Shown in pieces: positions 9,232 to 18,243 of a stretch of 53,294 bases of DNA. Below the pieces are notes generated by a model. It ran no database searches, was not told where the DNA came from, and worked only from the letters and a program-made list of their open reading frames with translations. The position numbers and the translations under genes are program-made. Source of the stretch: Hymenobacter sp. (GTDB lineage Bacteria; Bacteroidota; Bacteroidia; Cytophagales; Hymenobacteraceae); NCBI GenBank assembly GCA_025356245.1, contig JANXUO010000023.1:1-53294 (forward strand), read 5' to 3'. The first letter of the stretch is position 1. Every line of letters begins with the position of its first letter.

Positions 9232-10362
9232 ATGGCTGACAACCTGCGCGATGTGTTTCAAACCACGGGAAGTGACCCGGGAGGCAAAGAATCAGGTTCC
9301 GAACCGGGCCAACCAACAGAACAACAAGTAGCGCCCGTGCCCAGAAACCTACTGGGCACCACCGAGCCGCTGCTGCTGCAAATGGCTGAGGATGCCAACG
9401 GCAGCCTTCGAGCCTGGGAGGTGCAGGTAGGTGATGTGAACCTGCCCGGCAAGTTCGACGCGGCCCACCTGCGCGACATTCACGCCCACATTATGCAGGA
9501 CATTTACCCCAAACCTGGAGCGACCCGCGGCGACGAGCGCCTACTGGCCGAGCAGGCGGTAAAGGCCGACCCGAGCAAGACAATGCCCCTGGAATACGAC
9601 ACCCGCGTTGGCACCAACGGCGAGTACATCACGCTGCTCGACGCGGGCAAAGTCAACAAGCGACTCGATGATTTGAGCGGCTTGCTGGAACGTGAAAACA
9701 CGTTGCAAGGGCTCGATAAGAAGGACTTCGTAGCCAAGCTGGCCGATTATTACACCGAGTACAGCCACGCCGCCCCGTTCCGGGCCGGTAACGAGCACGT
9801 GCTGGGCGTTGCACTGAATCAAATCGGTGTCGAGGCGGGCTACACCGTGTCGCCCGCTGCTGCCCGGCACTTGCGCGAGGCCACTGATGCCACGCTCGAG
9901 GCCGGTGTCACCAGCGACAAAACCCGGCTGATTCAGGTGCTCGACAGCGTGAGCACCGAAGCACCCGGCCGCGAGGCCCAGGCCCGCCGCCATCCGACCC
10001 AGTGGGCCCTGCCGCTGGAGGTTTCCGCCGAGATTAAGAAAAGACAGGCTGAGGAGGACCTGGGGCAAGCCGGCTCCAAATTAGCAGGGCGGGTGGGTGG
10101 GGTGGAAGGGGAGCGATTCAAGGAAAGTATGCGGGCCATCATCGCCGGTGATAGTGCCCCGGAGCACCTCAACGTGGTGCGGACCGCAGCCCTTCGGTAC
10201 GCTGGTCCGGAATTAGCCGCCGACATCGGGCGCATTGAGAGGGGCACGGCTTTTCTCGATGACTACCGCCGTCAGGAGCAGCAGCAGGGCCGGCTTAACG
10301 ACCAGCAGCGGGTAAGCCCCCGTGAGAGCAGCCGGACCGTCCCCAGCGAAATCACCCGGTAG
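9232..10362 (+). CDS. Fic-domain protein with non-canonical active-site loop
   Basis: FDAAHLRDIHAHIMQDIYPKPGATR, NTLQGLDKKDFVAKLADYYTEYSHAAPFRAGNEH (canonical loop is HPFxxGNGRxxR). Confidence 0.85.
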   Translation: MADNLRDVFQTTGSDPGGKESGSEPGQPTEQQVAPVPRNLLGTTEPLLLQMAEDANGSLRAWEVQVGDVNLPGKFDAAHLRDIHAHIMQDIYPKPGATRGDERLLAEQAVKADPSKTMPLEYDTRVGTNGEYITLLDAGKVNKRLDDLSGLLERENTLQGLDKKDFVAKLADYYTEYSHAAPFRAGNEHVLGVALNQIGVEAGYTVSPAAARHLREATDATLEAGVTSDKTRLIQVLDSVSTEAPGREAQARRHPTQWALPLEVSAEIKKRQAEEDLGQAGSKLAGRVGGVEGERFKESMRAIIAGDSAPEHLNVVRTAALRYAGPELAADIGRIERGTAFLDDYRRQEQQQGRLNDQQRVSPRESSRTVPSEITR

Positions 10363-10397
10363 AAATCACCCGGTAGCGTACCAATGCCTTCGCTTCT

Positions 10398-10443
10398 CAC
10401 AAAAGAGCCCCCGCAACCAGGAAGGTGCGGGGGCTCTTTTGTG
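10398..10443. terminator. Bidirectional terminator between the convergent mob and tra operons
   Basis: CACAAAAGAGCCCCCGCA ... TGCGGGGGCTCTTTTGTG, a perfect 18-bp stem. Confidence 0.85.
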
Positions 10444-10518
10444 GTCGACAGCTACGTCCGCAACGGGCATCGTGCTGGCAGTAAGGGGAAAAGAAAGCGG
10501 CCCCTAGCGGGGCACGAA

Positions 10519-10779
10519 CTAAACCTGGGCGGCAACCGGCACGGAAGAGGCAGTCGTTTCGGCAGGCGCCGGACTCTGGGCCAGTGCTTCGGCGGCCGCT
10601 TTTTTACGCTTACGCAATGTTACCCGCAGGTCGCGGATTTCCTGACGGCGCAGGGTGCTGCCGGTCAAACTGATTAGTTCTTTCTCCTCCAGATATTCCT
10701 GACGGGCAAGCAACCAGTCATCGGTTTTATCGGAGTAAGAGGATACCCAGGGAGACGTGGGCTTGGTGGAGGCGGCCAT
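10519..10779 (-). CDS. Small hypothetical protein, last gene of the tra run
   Basis: ATG start, helical charged core, co-oriented with the tra genes. Confidence 0.6.
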   Translation of the reverse strand: MAASTKPTSPWVSSYSDKTDDWLLARQEYLEEKELISLTGSTLRRQEIRDLRVTLRKRKKAAAEALAQSPAPAETTASSVPVAAQV

Positions 10780-10833
10780 ACGTATGAAAAGGGGGAATAA
10801 AATTTAGGAAATAGGTAAGGGGAAAAAAATGAG

Positions 10834-11508
10834 CTAGTCCAGATTGGACTCGATGGGAGAGGCGGGTAGTTCGACAGCGGCGGGTTCCGGCGGTTTTTCG
10901 CTGGGGCGGCCGCGCCGCAGGAACGCCGGCACGGCGGGGGGCCGGGCATTATTTCCCGCATTTTCCGCCTGCAAGCGGGCGTAGGCTTCGGCCAGCTGCA
11001 ACTGCTGGCCCTGGAGGACCAGCAGTTGCGCGTGGAGTTCTTTGACGGCCTCGACCAGGATGGGCGTGAGCTGCGCCGTGTTGATGCTTTGCGTCCCGTT
11101 CATCAGGTTGGTGCGCACCAGTTCGGGGTACACGCGGGCCAGGTCGCCGGGCAGCAGGCCATACTGGGCTCCCTCCTCGCCCTGGCCGGGCAGGAACCGG
11201 AAGCGCACCGGGCGGAGCTGGGTGAGGGTGGGCAGTACCCCGACCAGGGGCGAGGGGTCGCCCTTGAGGCGGGCCGTGCCAGCCGGCTGGGCCGCGTTGG
11301 GCAGCAGGCCGGCCGCCGGGCCGCTGACACTTACCGTGGCGGGCAGCCGGGTCGCTTTTGCCGGCGTTGCTTCGATGGCCGACCATTCCTGCATCGTCTG
11401 GGCCCGGACGGCAGGCAGGGTCACCAGCCCGGCCGCCGCACAGAGGGCAGCACGAAGGCCGGCACGGAAGCCGGCGGGGGACGATACGAAAAAAGGGGTG
11501 TGAAGCAT
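10834..11508 (-). CDS. Signal-peptide protein with Peptidase_S74-like (tail-fibre intramolecular chaperone) domain
   Basis: Signal peptide ending AVRA-Q; RLK..LTQLRPVRFRF..YGLLPGDLARVYPELV..SINTAQLTPILVEAVKEL followed by a coiled coil. Confidence 0.75.
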   Translation of the reverse strand: MLHTPFFVSSPAGFRAGLRAALCAAAGLVTLPAVRAQTMQEWSAIEATPAKATRLPATVSVSGPAAGLLPNAAQPAGTARLKGDPSPLVGVLPTLTQLRPVRFRFLPGQGEEGAQYGLLPGDLARVYPELVRTNLMNGTQSINTAQLTPILVEAVKELHAQLLVLQGQQLQLAEAYARLQAENAGNNARPPAVPAFLRRGRPSEKPPEPAAVELPASPIESNLD

Positions 11509-11517
11509 AATCCGGGC

Positions 11518-12498
11518 TCAGTGGTAGGAGTAGGTTTGCCACAGCGCCCCATTGGCATCGGTCGAGGGCAGCAGCCCCAGGGGCAGGCCCTGCACCAGTT
11601 CCTGGGTTTCCTGGATATAGCGCCGGCCTTGCCACCACGACACGAGCACCTGGGCCACCAGGGCTCCGGCCACTGGCACCAGCATGGTGGCCAGCGTCGG
11701 GGTGGGGGAGGCAAGGAGGAGCAGCAGCACGAGCAAAAAAGCGGTGAGCAGCAGCAGCGGTGGCCACCACATCAGCGCCCACGGGGCGCTGGCCAGCTGG
11801 GCGGCAACGAGCGTCGAGTTGGGGCGCAGGCGGGCCGGACGGGCCAGCCAGGCCCGGGCAATGCCCAACCGCCACCCGCGCAAGCGACGGAACAAAAACC
11901 CGCCGAAGGCCAGGGCCCCGAGTAGCGGTACCGCGAGCAAGGGCCAGAGCGCAGGACCCCGGCCGGCGTTCCAGATGTACACGTCAAGCAGGCCCAGGGA
12001 CAGCGCGAGCAGGGGGACGGCCTGCACGAGCCAGCGGCCGAGCCGGGGCGCGGCCAGGGCCGCGGAGGGCGGCTGCCAGGTGATATCCACTTCGGGCAGT
12101 TGCAAAAACGTGTCGGCCGGCGAGAGTGCCTTGAGGCGCAGCACTGCCAGCGAACGCTGCCGCAGCCAGCTGCCGGTGGTCGGGTCCACGGGGGAAGGCT
12201 CACTGACGACCTCACTGAGCAGGGCATCGAAGCGGTCGGCCGCTTCGGGGTCAGTCTGGTACACCACGTCGGGGCCGCCGGGTTGGCCGGAGCCGGTGAG
12301 CAGCAGAACCGAAGTGGCAATGCCGGCCCGCTCCAGCGTTTGCTTAATCAGCGCTGCGCCCACGCTCACGGCCGCCCGCGAGGCGGGCACCTGGCGCAGC
12401 AGGCCCAGGGCCAGCACTTCGGCCAGGTGGTGGGGGATGAGCGGCGCGGGCAGGGCCTGTTCTTGCCAGCTGCGGGTAATTGAAGGGGCGCTTTCCAT
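11518..12498 (-). CDS. Hypothetical membrane protein (about 4 TM)
   Basis: Four hydrophobic stretches in the C-terminal half. Tight spacing with neighbouring genes. Confidence 0.7.
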   Translation of the reverse strand: MESAPSITRSWQEQALPAPLIPHHLAEVLALGLLRQVPASRAAVSVGAALIKQTLERAGIATSVLLLTGSGQPGGPDVVYQTDPEAADRFDALLSEVVSEPSPVDPTTGSWLRQRSLAVLRLKALSPADTFLQLPEVDITWQPPSAALAAPRLGRWLVQAVPLLALSLGLLDVYIWNAGRGPALWPLLAVPLLGALAFGGFLFRRLRGWRLGIARAWLARPARLRPNSTLVAAQLASAPWALMWWPPLLLLTAFLLVLLLLLASPTPTLATMLVPVAGALVAQVLVSWWQGRRYIQETQELVQGLPLGLLPSTDANGALWQTYSYH

Positions 12499-12524
12499 TG
12501 CGGGAAGTGGGGAAACATTCAGGG

Positions 12525-13112
12525 TTATTGTCCCAGGTACAGAGTCAGCCCCCCGCCGACGTAGCGGGGCGTGGAGTTTTGGGGGCTGCCCACCGGATAC
12601 CAGCCCTGCCGGGCTTCGCCGGTCACCGAAACCCGGTCGTGCAGGTACACTTCGGCGGAGAGGCCGAGCGAAGGACCCACGGAAAAGCCGTCTTCCCGGG
12701 CCGGGCCGGTGGGCGGCAGGCGCTCGTAGCGGGTGCGGACCTGAAAAGGCAGGCGTAGGTAGAGGATTTCGCCCAGGCGCAGCAGGCGCGGGGCCACGCC
12801 GATGCCCAGCTCGTAACCCCGGAAGGAGGATTGGTCTTCGCCGGCGCGGGAGTCGGTACGCGGTCCCTGCTCCACAGCCCCGGATACCTCGAAGCGCACG
12901 GGGTCACTCAGGAAACGGCCGTAGGTACCCTGGTAATAGCTGGCGGTACTGCTGATGCCAGCCGTCACGCTCACGGCACTCAACCGGCGCACTTCCCGTT
13001 GGGCAAAGGCTGGAACCGCTGTTGCTACACCCAGCCCCAGCAGGACCGGTAAAAGCAGTGTGCGCCGCGTAGGAAGCTGGCAGCGAGTAGGGGAAATGAA
13101 AAAAAGCATCAT
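12525..13112 (-). CDS. Outer-membrane beta-barrel protein, TraO-like
   Basis: Signal peptide ending PAFA-Q, alternating beta strands, C-terminal GGGLTLYL, position in the tra operon. Start uncertain. Confidence 0.55.
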   Translation of the reverse strand: MMLFFISPTRCQLPTRRTLLLPVLLGLGVATAVPAFAQREVRRLSAVSVTAGISSTASYYQGTYGRFLSDPVRFEVSGAVEQGPRTDSRAGEDQSSFRGYELGIGVAPRLLRLGEILYLRLPFQVRTRYERLPPTGPAREDGFSVGPSLGLSAEVYLHDRVSVTGEARQGWYPVGSPQNSTPRYVGGGLTLYLGQ

Positions 13113-13190
13113 AGGAAAAAGAGATGGGAAAATCAAAAATGTTTGTGTCTATCTACGCACGTTGTGCCTATTTACGCACAAAGTAACAAC

Positions 13191-13235
13191 TAAAAAACGG
13201 GGAGTTGGCAGCCCGCGCCACCAACCCCCCGTTTT
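13191..13235 (-). terminator. Terminator-like hairpin inside the tra run
   Basis: AAAACGGGAGTTGG ... CCAACCCCCGTTTT. Confidence 0.55.
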
Positions 13236-13268
13236 CTGTTTTGCGGCGACGACCCGCCCACTTTGTCC

Positions 13269-14189
13269 CTAGTAGGCGGGGTCCTCGTTGGGGTGCATGG
13301 CCGAGTGCATGGCCGTGAGGCCCGCCACCTGCATCTGGTCGGCAAGAACCTTTTCCGCCGCGAGCTGGGTGGGGCCCTTCTGGGCAGCGGAGGCCATAAG
13401 TTCCGCCGCCAGCCCGCGCAGTTTCTGGGCTTCGAGGAGCATTTCGTTGGCCCGGGCATTGGCCGCCACGCGCTCGCCGTCGGTCATGCTCATGGCATTA
13501 ACCGTGTTGGTCGAGGTCTGTAGCTCAACGGCCGCCGCCACCTGCTCGTCGGCCGCCTTCTTGTATTGAAAAGCCTGAGTAATCTTGTCCTGCTGGGCCT
13601 TGTTTTCCAGGGCCAGCTGCGACATGACGGCCGTGGTCTGCTGCTCGCGCATATCACGGGCCGTGCGGCGTACACCGGCTTTGGTCGATACCACCGTCAG
13701 CGCTTCTTTAACGGTTTCCGCGTCCGCGTCCGTACCAGTGGCCAGCGCCTGGGTGAAACGCTGGGTCTGGCCCAGCGAAGGCAGGGAAGAGGCGAAGTTC
13801 AGAGTCGACAGGTTGAGCGCCAGGTTCTTGAGGTCCGTCATGTTGGACACCCGCAGGTTGCGGATGTTGGCCACCATTTTCAGGTCGTTTTGAATCTGCT
13901 GCTGGAGAGCCAGGCCCTGGTTGGTCAGGTCGCGCACCTGGTTGGTCACGCTCTTGATGTTATCGGCGATGTTGTTGGCCGTTTGGGCGGCATCGAACAC
14001 GTCGCGCACGACCGCGTAGTTGCGGATGGTGTTGGCCCACTCGCGGGCCTTGGTGGCAAATTCGGCCAGTTGGACCCCGATGTGCGGCACGTCCGTAGTG
14101 AGAAACTGCGCCCGGACCGGCAGGGCGGCGGTGGAGACGAATAGGGCAACGGCCGCAACGCGGCCCGCCCAGGGGAAAGATTTACGCAT
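13269..14189 (-). CDS. Secreted coiled-coil Tra protein (VirB5/TrbJ/DUF4141 TraI-like)
   Basis: Signal peptide ending VRA-QFLTTD, then a long Q/A-rich helical body. Located in the tra operon. Confidence 0.6.
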   Translation of the reverse strand: MRKSFPWAGRVAAVALFVSTAALPVRAQFLTTDVPHIGVQLAEFATKAREWANTIRNYAVVRDVFDAAQTANNIADNIKSVTNQVRDLTNQGLALQQQIQNDLKMVANIRNLRVSNMTDLKNLALNLSTLNFASSLPSLGQTQRFTQALATGTDADAETVKEALTVVSTKAGVRRTARDMREQQTTAVMSQLALENKAQQDKITQAFQYKKAADEQVAAAVELQTSTNTVNAMSMTDGERVAANARANEMLLEAQKLRGLAAELMASAAQKGPTQLAAEKVLADQMQVAGLTAMHSAMHPNEDPAY

Positions 14190-14423
14190 GATGAAAATGA
14201 GGTAAAAAAGGTGAAAAAAACAAAAACCTGGCTAACAGAAACCTGGTGATACCGGACCGAAAACCTTCATCGCGCCCAATATAAGTGAGATTAACTGCCC
14301 GAGACGACAGCCGTTTGTGTCTGAATACGCGCAGGCTCCAACAAAGGCCCGGAGCACCCGGCTGGCCGCCTCCCTGGCTGCCTTTATTTCCCCACTGCCT
14401 GCTTGACCTACTGCCTGCTTGAC

Positions 14424-16124
14424 CTACTGCCGGCCAGCAGGCCGGGGCACGGGGTAGTAGAGCGGCGGTACCACGCCCTGGTTGCCCTGGTAGCCGCCCT
14501 GGCCCTGGCCCGACATGAGCAGGGATTGGAAGGGGTTGCCTTCCTGGCCCATAATCCCGGCCGGAGCCATCACACCCGCCTGACGCAGCCCACCGGCCCC
14601 ACCCTGCCCGGCCTGGGACTTGGAGAGCAACAACGGGTAGCCATCGGGCAGGGCCACCGTACGCAGCTTCTGGCCCGACTTGGGAATGCGGCCAATCATA
14701 GTGACGGCCATGCGACCGGCAATGCCGGTGAGCGAGTTGGCCGCCTGCTGGCTTTGGGCAATGGCGTTGCTCAGCTCCTGGGTGCCGGACTGCTGCATCG
14801 AGCCCGTAAACGACTCGCCCCCCTGCACCGGAGCCCGCTTGCCGGGGTCAATCATGATGCCGGGCATATAAGCGTAGTTGAAAGTCTGCACCTTGACCCG
14901 GTGCGGGCCGAGCCGGTCAATACTCAGGTTGACGCGGTTGGCATCCACGCTGGCCAGGGCCGAAAAGAGCATATTGCGCGGGAAGGTGATGCCGTTGAAG
15001 GTCGCATCCTCCGCCAGGCGCAGCACAACCACGGTACCGGTTTTAACAACCTGGTTGCCTTGGACCGAACAGCGGTAAAAGATGTCGGGAATCGGCGCTT
15101 CTTCCTCTTCCTGCGGACCCTGGCCCGGACCACGGTAGCGGATGGTGTTGAAGCCGTCCATACCGGGGACGTAGGCCATTTCGGCCCGGCGGTTCTGGGC
15201 CGCGTTGCCCGCCTGCTGGCCGGCGCTGGCCGGCAGGGGCCGGTAACGGCGGCCGCTCATCTTCTCGTAGGTGGCCTGCACTTCCGGGGGCAGGCCGGCA
15301 ATCATGAGGTTGATTTCGTCGTTCGTTTCAAACGGTACGCCGTCCGTATCATACTTGGGCTGCGGGGGCTCCCGGCGTTCCGGCCGCTGCTCGTCGCTGT
15401 TCTGGTTGGCGGGCGTGACGCCGGAAAAGCCGCCGTTGGTCGGGCCCGTGTAATAGTTGGGCTGGGCCGGCCGGTTGCCAATGTAGCGGGAACGCCGGGC
15501 AGGACCCGTGCCCACGGCCACCTTCTGAACGGGCTCGCGCCGTTGCACGAACTGGCCGGTGCGCGGGTCGCGCCCGGTGACGGTCACCGAATCGGTGTTG
15601 TTGGCGCGGGCTGCCAGCTCCATCTGGGCGCGGTAGTCCGCGCGTTGCTGGGCCGTGGGCGGCGTTTCACCCGTGGGGGCCGTGGCGCTGCCATCGGCCA
15701 GCATTGCGCCTTCGGGCGGGGCTTCCTCTTTCCGGTCGCGGTCGAGGCTTTGCTCAACGCCTTCCACGGGGTCGGGAGCCGCTTCGGGCTTGGGGGCCAC
15801 GGTGAGGGTGCCGAGCTCGGCGGCCACGGCCGAGGGTGGTGCCTGTGAGGCCATTTCGCTGGTCAGGCTCAGGTACCACCAGCCCATACCGGCCAGAAAA
15901 AGCACCCCCAGCACCCCCAGTACCTTAAACTTATTGGCTACCAGCATCTGGCCCCAGTCAACTCTGGGCTTGGGGGTGTCGGCTTCATCTTCCGCGCCGC
16001 CGGGCGGGTCAGGGAAACCGACAGGCGGCTCAGCAGAGGCCGTGGGGGAGGGCAGGGGGCCCGCAGGGGCCGGGCCGCCGGCGGAAAGCGACGGCGGGGG
16101 AGTCGAAGGGTCTTGTGTGCTCAT
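14424..16124 (-). CDS. traM: Conjugative transposon TraM (VirB10-like)
   Basis: Single TM, Pro-rich linker, C-terminal VQGNQVVKTGTVVVLRLAEDATFNGITFPRN..RVNLSID..VALPDGYPLLL. Confidence 0.85.
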   Translation of the reverse strand: MSTQDPSTPPPSLSAGGPAPAGPLPSPTASAEPPVGFPDPPGGAEDEADTPKPRVDWGQMLVANKFKVLGVLGVLFLAGMGWWYLSLTSEMASQAPPSAVAAELGTLTVAPKPEAAPDPVEGVEQSLDRDRKEEAPPEGAMLADGSATAPTGETPPTAQQRADYRAQMELAARANNTDSVTVTGRDPRTGQFVQRREPVQKVAVGTGPARRSRYIGNRPAQPNYYTGPTNGGFSGVTPANQNSDEQRPERREPPQPKYDTDGVPFETNDEINLMIAGLPPEVQATYEKMSGRRYRPLPASAGQQAGNAAQNRRAEMAYVPGMDGFNTIRYRGPGQGPQEEEEAPIPDIFYRCSVQGNQVVKTGTVVVLRLAEDATFNGITFPRNMLFSALASVDANRVNLSIDRLGPHRVKVQTFNYAYMPGIMIDPGKRAPVQGGESFTGSMQQSGTQELSNAIAQSQQAANSLTGIAGRMAVTMIGRIPKSGQKLRTVALPDGYPLLLSKSQAGQGGAGGLRQAGVMAPAGIMGQEGNPFQSLLMSGQGQGGYQGNQGVVPPLYYPVPRPAGRQ

Positions 16125-17332
16125 TAGAAGGGAGTGGTGAAGGTGGGGGCCGTGTTAATGACGCGGGAAGGAATTTTAAGGGCAATGGCCCGGGCCCCGC
16201 TCAGCTCGCGCACCCCCACGGCCAGGTGCCCTTCGTTGGTGGCCGCGTACAGCGGCACGGCGTAGTAGAGGAAGCCCCGGGAGTTGGCCGGCACGCGTTG
16301 GTTGGCCCGGCCCGCCGCCGGCATCATCGGCCGCCGCGCCTCGTTGCGCTTCTTGCCCATAAACCGCTTCTTGTCGTTTTCGACCAACGTGAAGTCAGCA
16401 AAGTCCACCTGGTAATCGATGCTGCTTTTGTTAACCAACTGAAAACGCAGGTAGGTGAACTGCTTGTCGTTGCGCACGTTTACCAGTGAGAAGCTCAGGT
16501 AATTATCGACCGTGGCCACGGCGTGCAGCCGAACGTCTTCTTTGCCCAGCGTACGCAGGCGGGCGTTGAGGCGCTCCTTGGCGGTCGGGGCGCGGTCAAT
16601 GGCCAGCTCGTTGTCCGGCCCCACGCCGGGCGAGGTGCGCTGGAGCACGGTTCCGGTGGAAGTTTGCAGGCCGGAGAGGTTGGAGTCGGCCACATCTTCG
16701 GCATCGATTTCGGCATTGACACCGTCGAGCGACGGGCGGTCAAGCGAAGGGCCAACGATGGCATCCGGGCCGAGCATTTCGCCGGGTTTCACCGGCGCTT
16801 TCGCTTCCGGGGGAACCAGCGCGCCCGGCTTGGTGAAGTCGTAGAGCATGAGCACCGGGCGCTGCACGGTCACGAGGCGGCCCATCCAGTATTTATTGCC
16901 GTAACGGACCATGACGGGCGTGGGCGGTGTGCTCTTCTTGCGGGCCCGGATGAAGACGCTCGTGGCCTCAATCTTGATGAGGTAGTTGTTGAGCATCCCC
17001 ACGTCCACCAGCGACACCGCGCCGGGAAATACGAGGTAGGTGGTGCTGGAGTCCGACACGGCCACGTCGAGCAGCGTAGGCGTCGCCCCGAAGGGTGTGC
17101 GCGGCGGCGGGGTGACCAGCCGCTCCTGGGGCAGGTTCCGGCGCTTGGGCACGAAGGCCCGCGAAACGTCGGCCGTGGTGGCATCGGCCGGGACCGGCCG
17201 GGCCGCCTGAGCCGGTTGAATAGTCGGCAGCGTGGCCGGAACACCGACCGGCAGCTGCTGGGCGGTGGCAACGTCGGTCGATGCCAGCAAAGCCGCCAGC
17301 GACAAAAGGGAAAGGGAAAGGGAAATCCTCAT
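16124..17332 (-). CDS. traN: TraN (DUF4138, VirB9-like)
   Basis: Signal peptide, VSDSSTTYLVFPGAVSLVDVG, NKSSIDYQVDF, VRELSGAR. Stop/start coupled to traM. Confidence 0.8.
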   Translation of the reverse strand: MRISLSLSLLSLAALLASTDVATAQQLPVGVPATLPTIQPAQAARPVPADATTADVSRAFVPKRRNLPQERLVTPPPRTPFGATPTLLDVAVSDSSTTYLVFPGAVSLVDVGMLNNYLIKIEATSVFIRARKKSTPPTPVMVRYGNKYWMGRLVTVQRPVLMLYDFTKPGALVPPEAKAPVKPGEMLGPDAIVGPSLDRPSLDGVNAEIDAEDVADSNLSGLQTSTGTVLQRTSPGVGPDNELAIDRAPTAKERLNARLRTLGKEDVRLHAVATVDNYLSFSLVNVRNDKQFTYLRFQLVNKSSIDYQVDFADFTLVENDKKRFMGKKRNEARRPMMPAAGRANQRVPANSRGFLYYAVPLYAATNEGHLAVGVRELSGARAIALKIPSRVINTAPTFTTPF

Positions 17333-17412
17333 GGGGGAAAAAGTAAAATAAAAACGGATGACGGGGCGGTAAATCTATTCGTTTTTGTGCCTTTATACGC
17401 ACAAAATCAGAC

Positions 17413-17442
17413 AAAAAAAGGCCGCAGCTTCCTGCGGCCTTT
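17413..17442 (-). terminator. Intrinsic terminator between traK and traN
   Basis: AAAAAAAGGCCGCAG-CTTC-CTGCGGCCTTT, with a U-tract on the minus strand. Confidence 0.7.
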
Positions 17443-17468
17443 CCAGGAAAGTCCGGGGAGCGGGGGCG

Positions 17469-18182
17469 CTATTCCTCTACTTTGGGGGGCTTGGCGGCGG
17501 CAGCGGCTTCGGCGGCGGCCGCCAGCTCGGCGGCATCACGCTCGGCCTGCCGTTCGAGGGCCCGCTTTTCGGCAGCATTGGCACCCGGCTGATAAGAAAA
17601 GTAGTCAAAGCGCGTGAGCTGCATCCCAAAGGGGTTGCGTTCCGAGCGGTAGGTGTTGGTCAGCTCAAAGGCAACGCCCATCGGCTGGGACTTGCTTTGC
17701 CGGTCGCCGAGGAAACCCGTCTGCCGCATATAGAGCCGGCCCCGCACGGGCAACTCCTGGGTGTTGAGCACGATGCTGTCCACGGCTACCGTGGTGCGGG
17801 CCCCGAACTTGGTGTAGGTGCCCAGCACGTCCTGCCGTTTGAAGTCGGTGTAGATGCGGCGCCCCCCCACGTCGTCAATCAGCGGCAGGGCCGCGTTGAG
17901 GTTGTTCTTGTAGGTGTACTGGTCATGGCCGTACATATTGAGGGCGAAGTAGCGCACGAGATTGCGCATTTCGTAGGCCGTATGGTTTTCCGGCGAGTCG
18001 GACATGGCCATCTGCGACGTGCCGGACTGGCCCACCACGTACACGCGCTTGCCCACCGAGCCGTAGGCGTGAACGCCCATCGCCACGGCGGCGAGCACGG
18101 AAAGAGCGGCCACCAGCAGCGAGCCGAGCGTAATGAGCCGCATGGTGGAATAGGTTTGGGTGAGGTCTTTGAGCTTATCCAT
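17469..18182 (-). CDS. traK: TraK (VirB8-like)
   Basis: N-terminal TM, KRVYVV, VAVDSI, RSERNPFGMQL. Confidence 0.85.
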   Translation of the reverse strand: MDKLKDLTQTYSTMRLITLGSLLVAALSVLAAVAMGVHAYGSVGKRVYVVGQSGTSQMAMSDSPENHTAYEMRNLVRYFALNMYGHDQYTYKNNLNAALPLIDDVGGRRIYTDFKRQDVLGTYTKFGARTTVAVDSIVLNTQELPVRGRLYMRQTGFLGDRQSKSQPMGVAFELTNTYRSERNPFGMQLTRFDYFSYQPGANAAEKRALERQAERDAAELAAAAEAAAAAKPPKVEE

Positions 18183-18243
18183 TGGAAAAAGAAAAATGAA
18201 AAAAGAGAATTAAGGTGAGGTAAGAACGGTGAGGTAAGAACGA

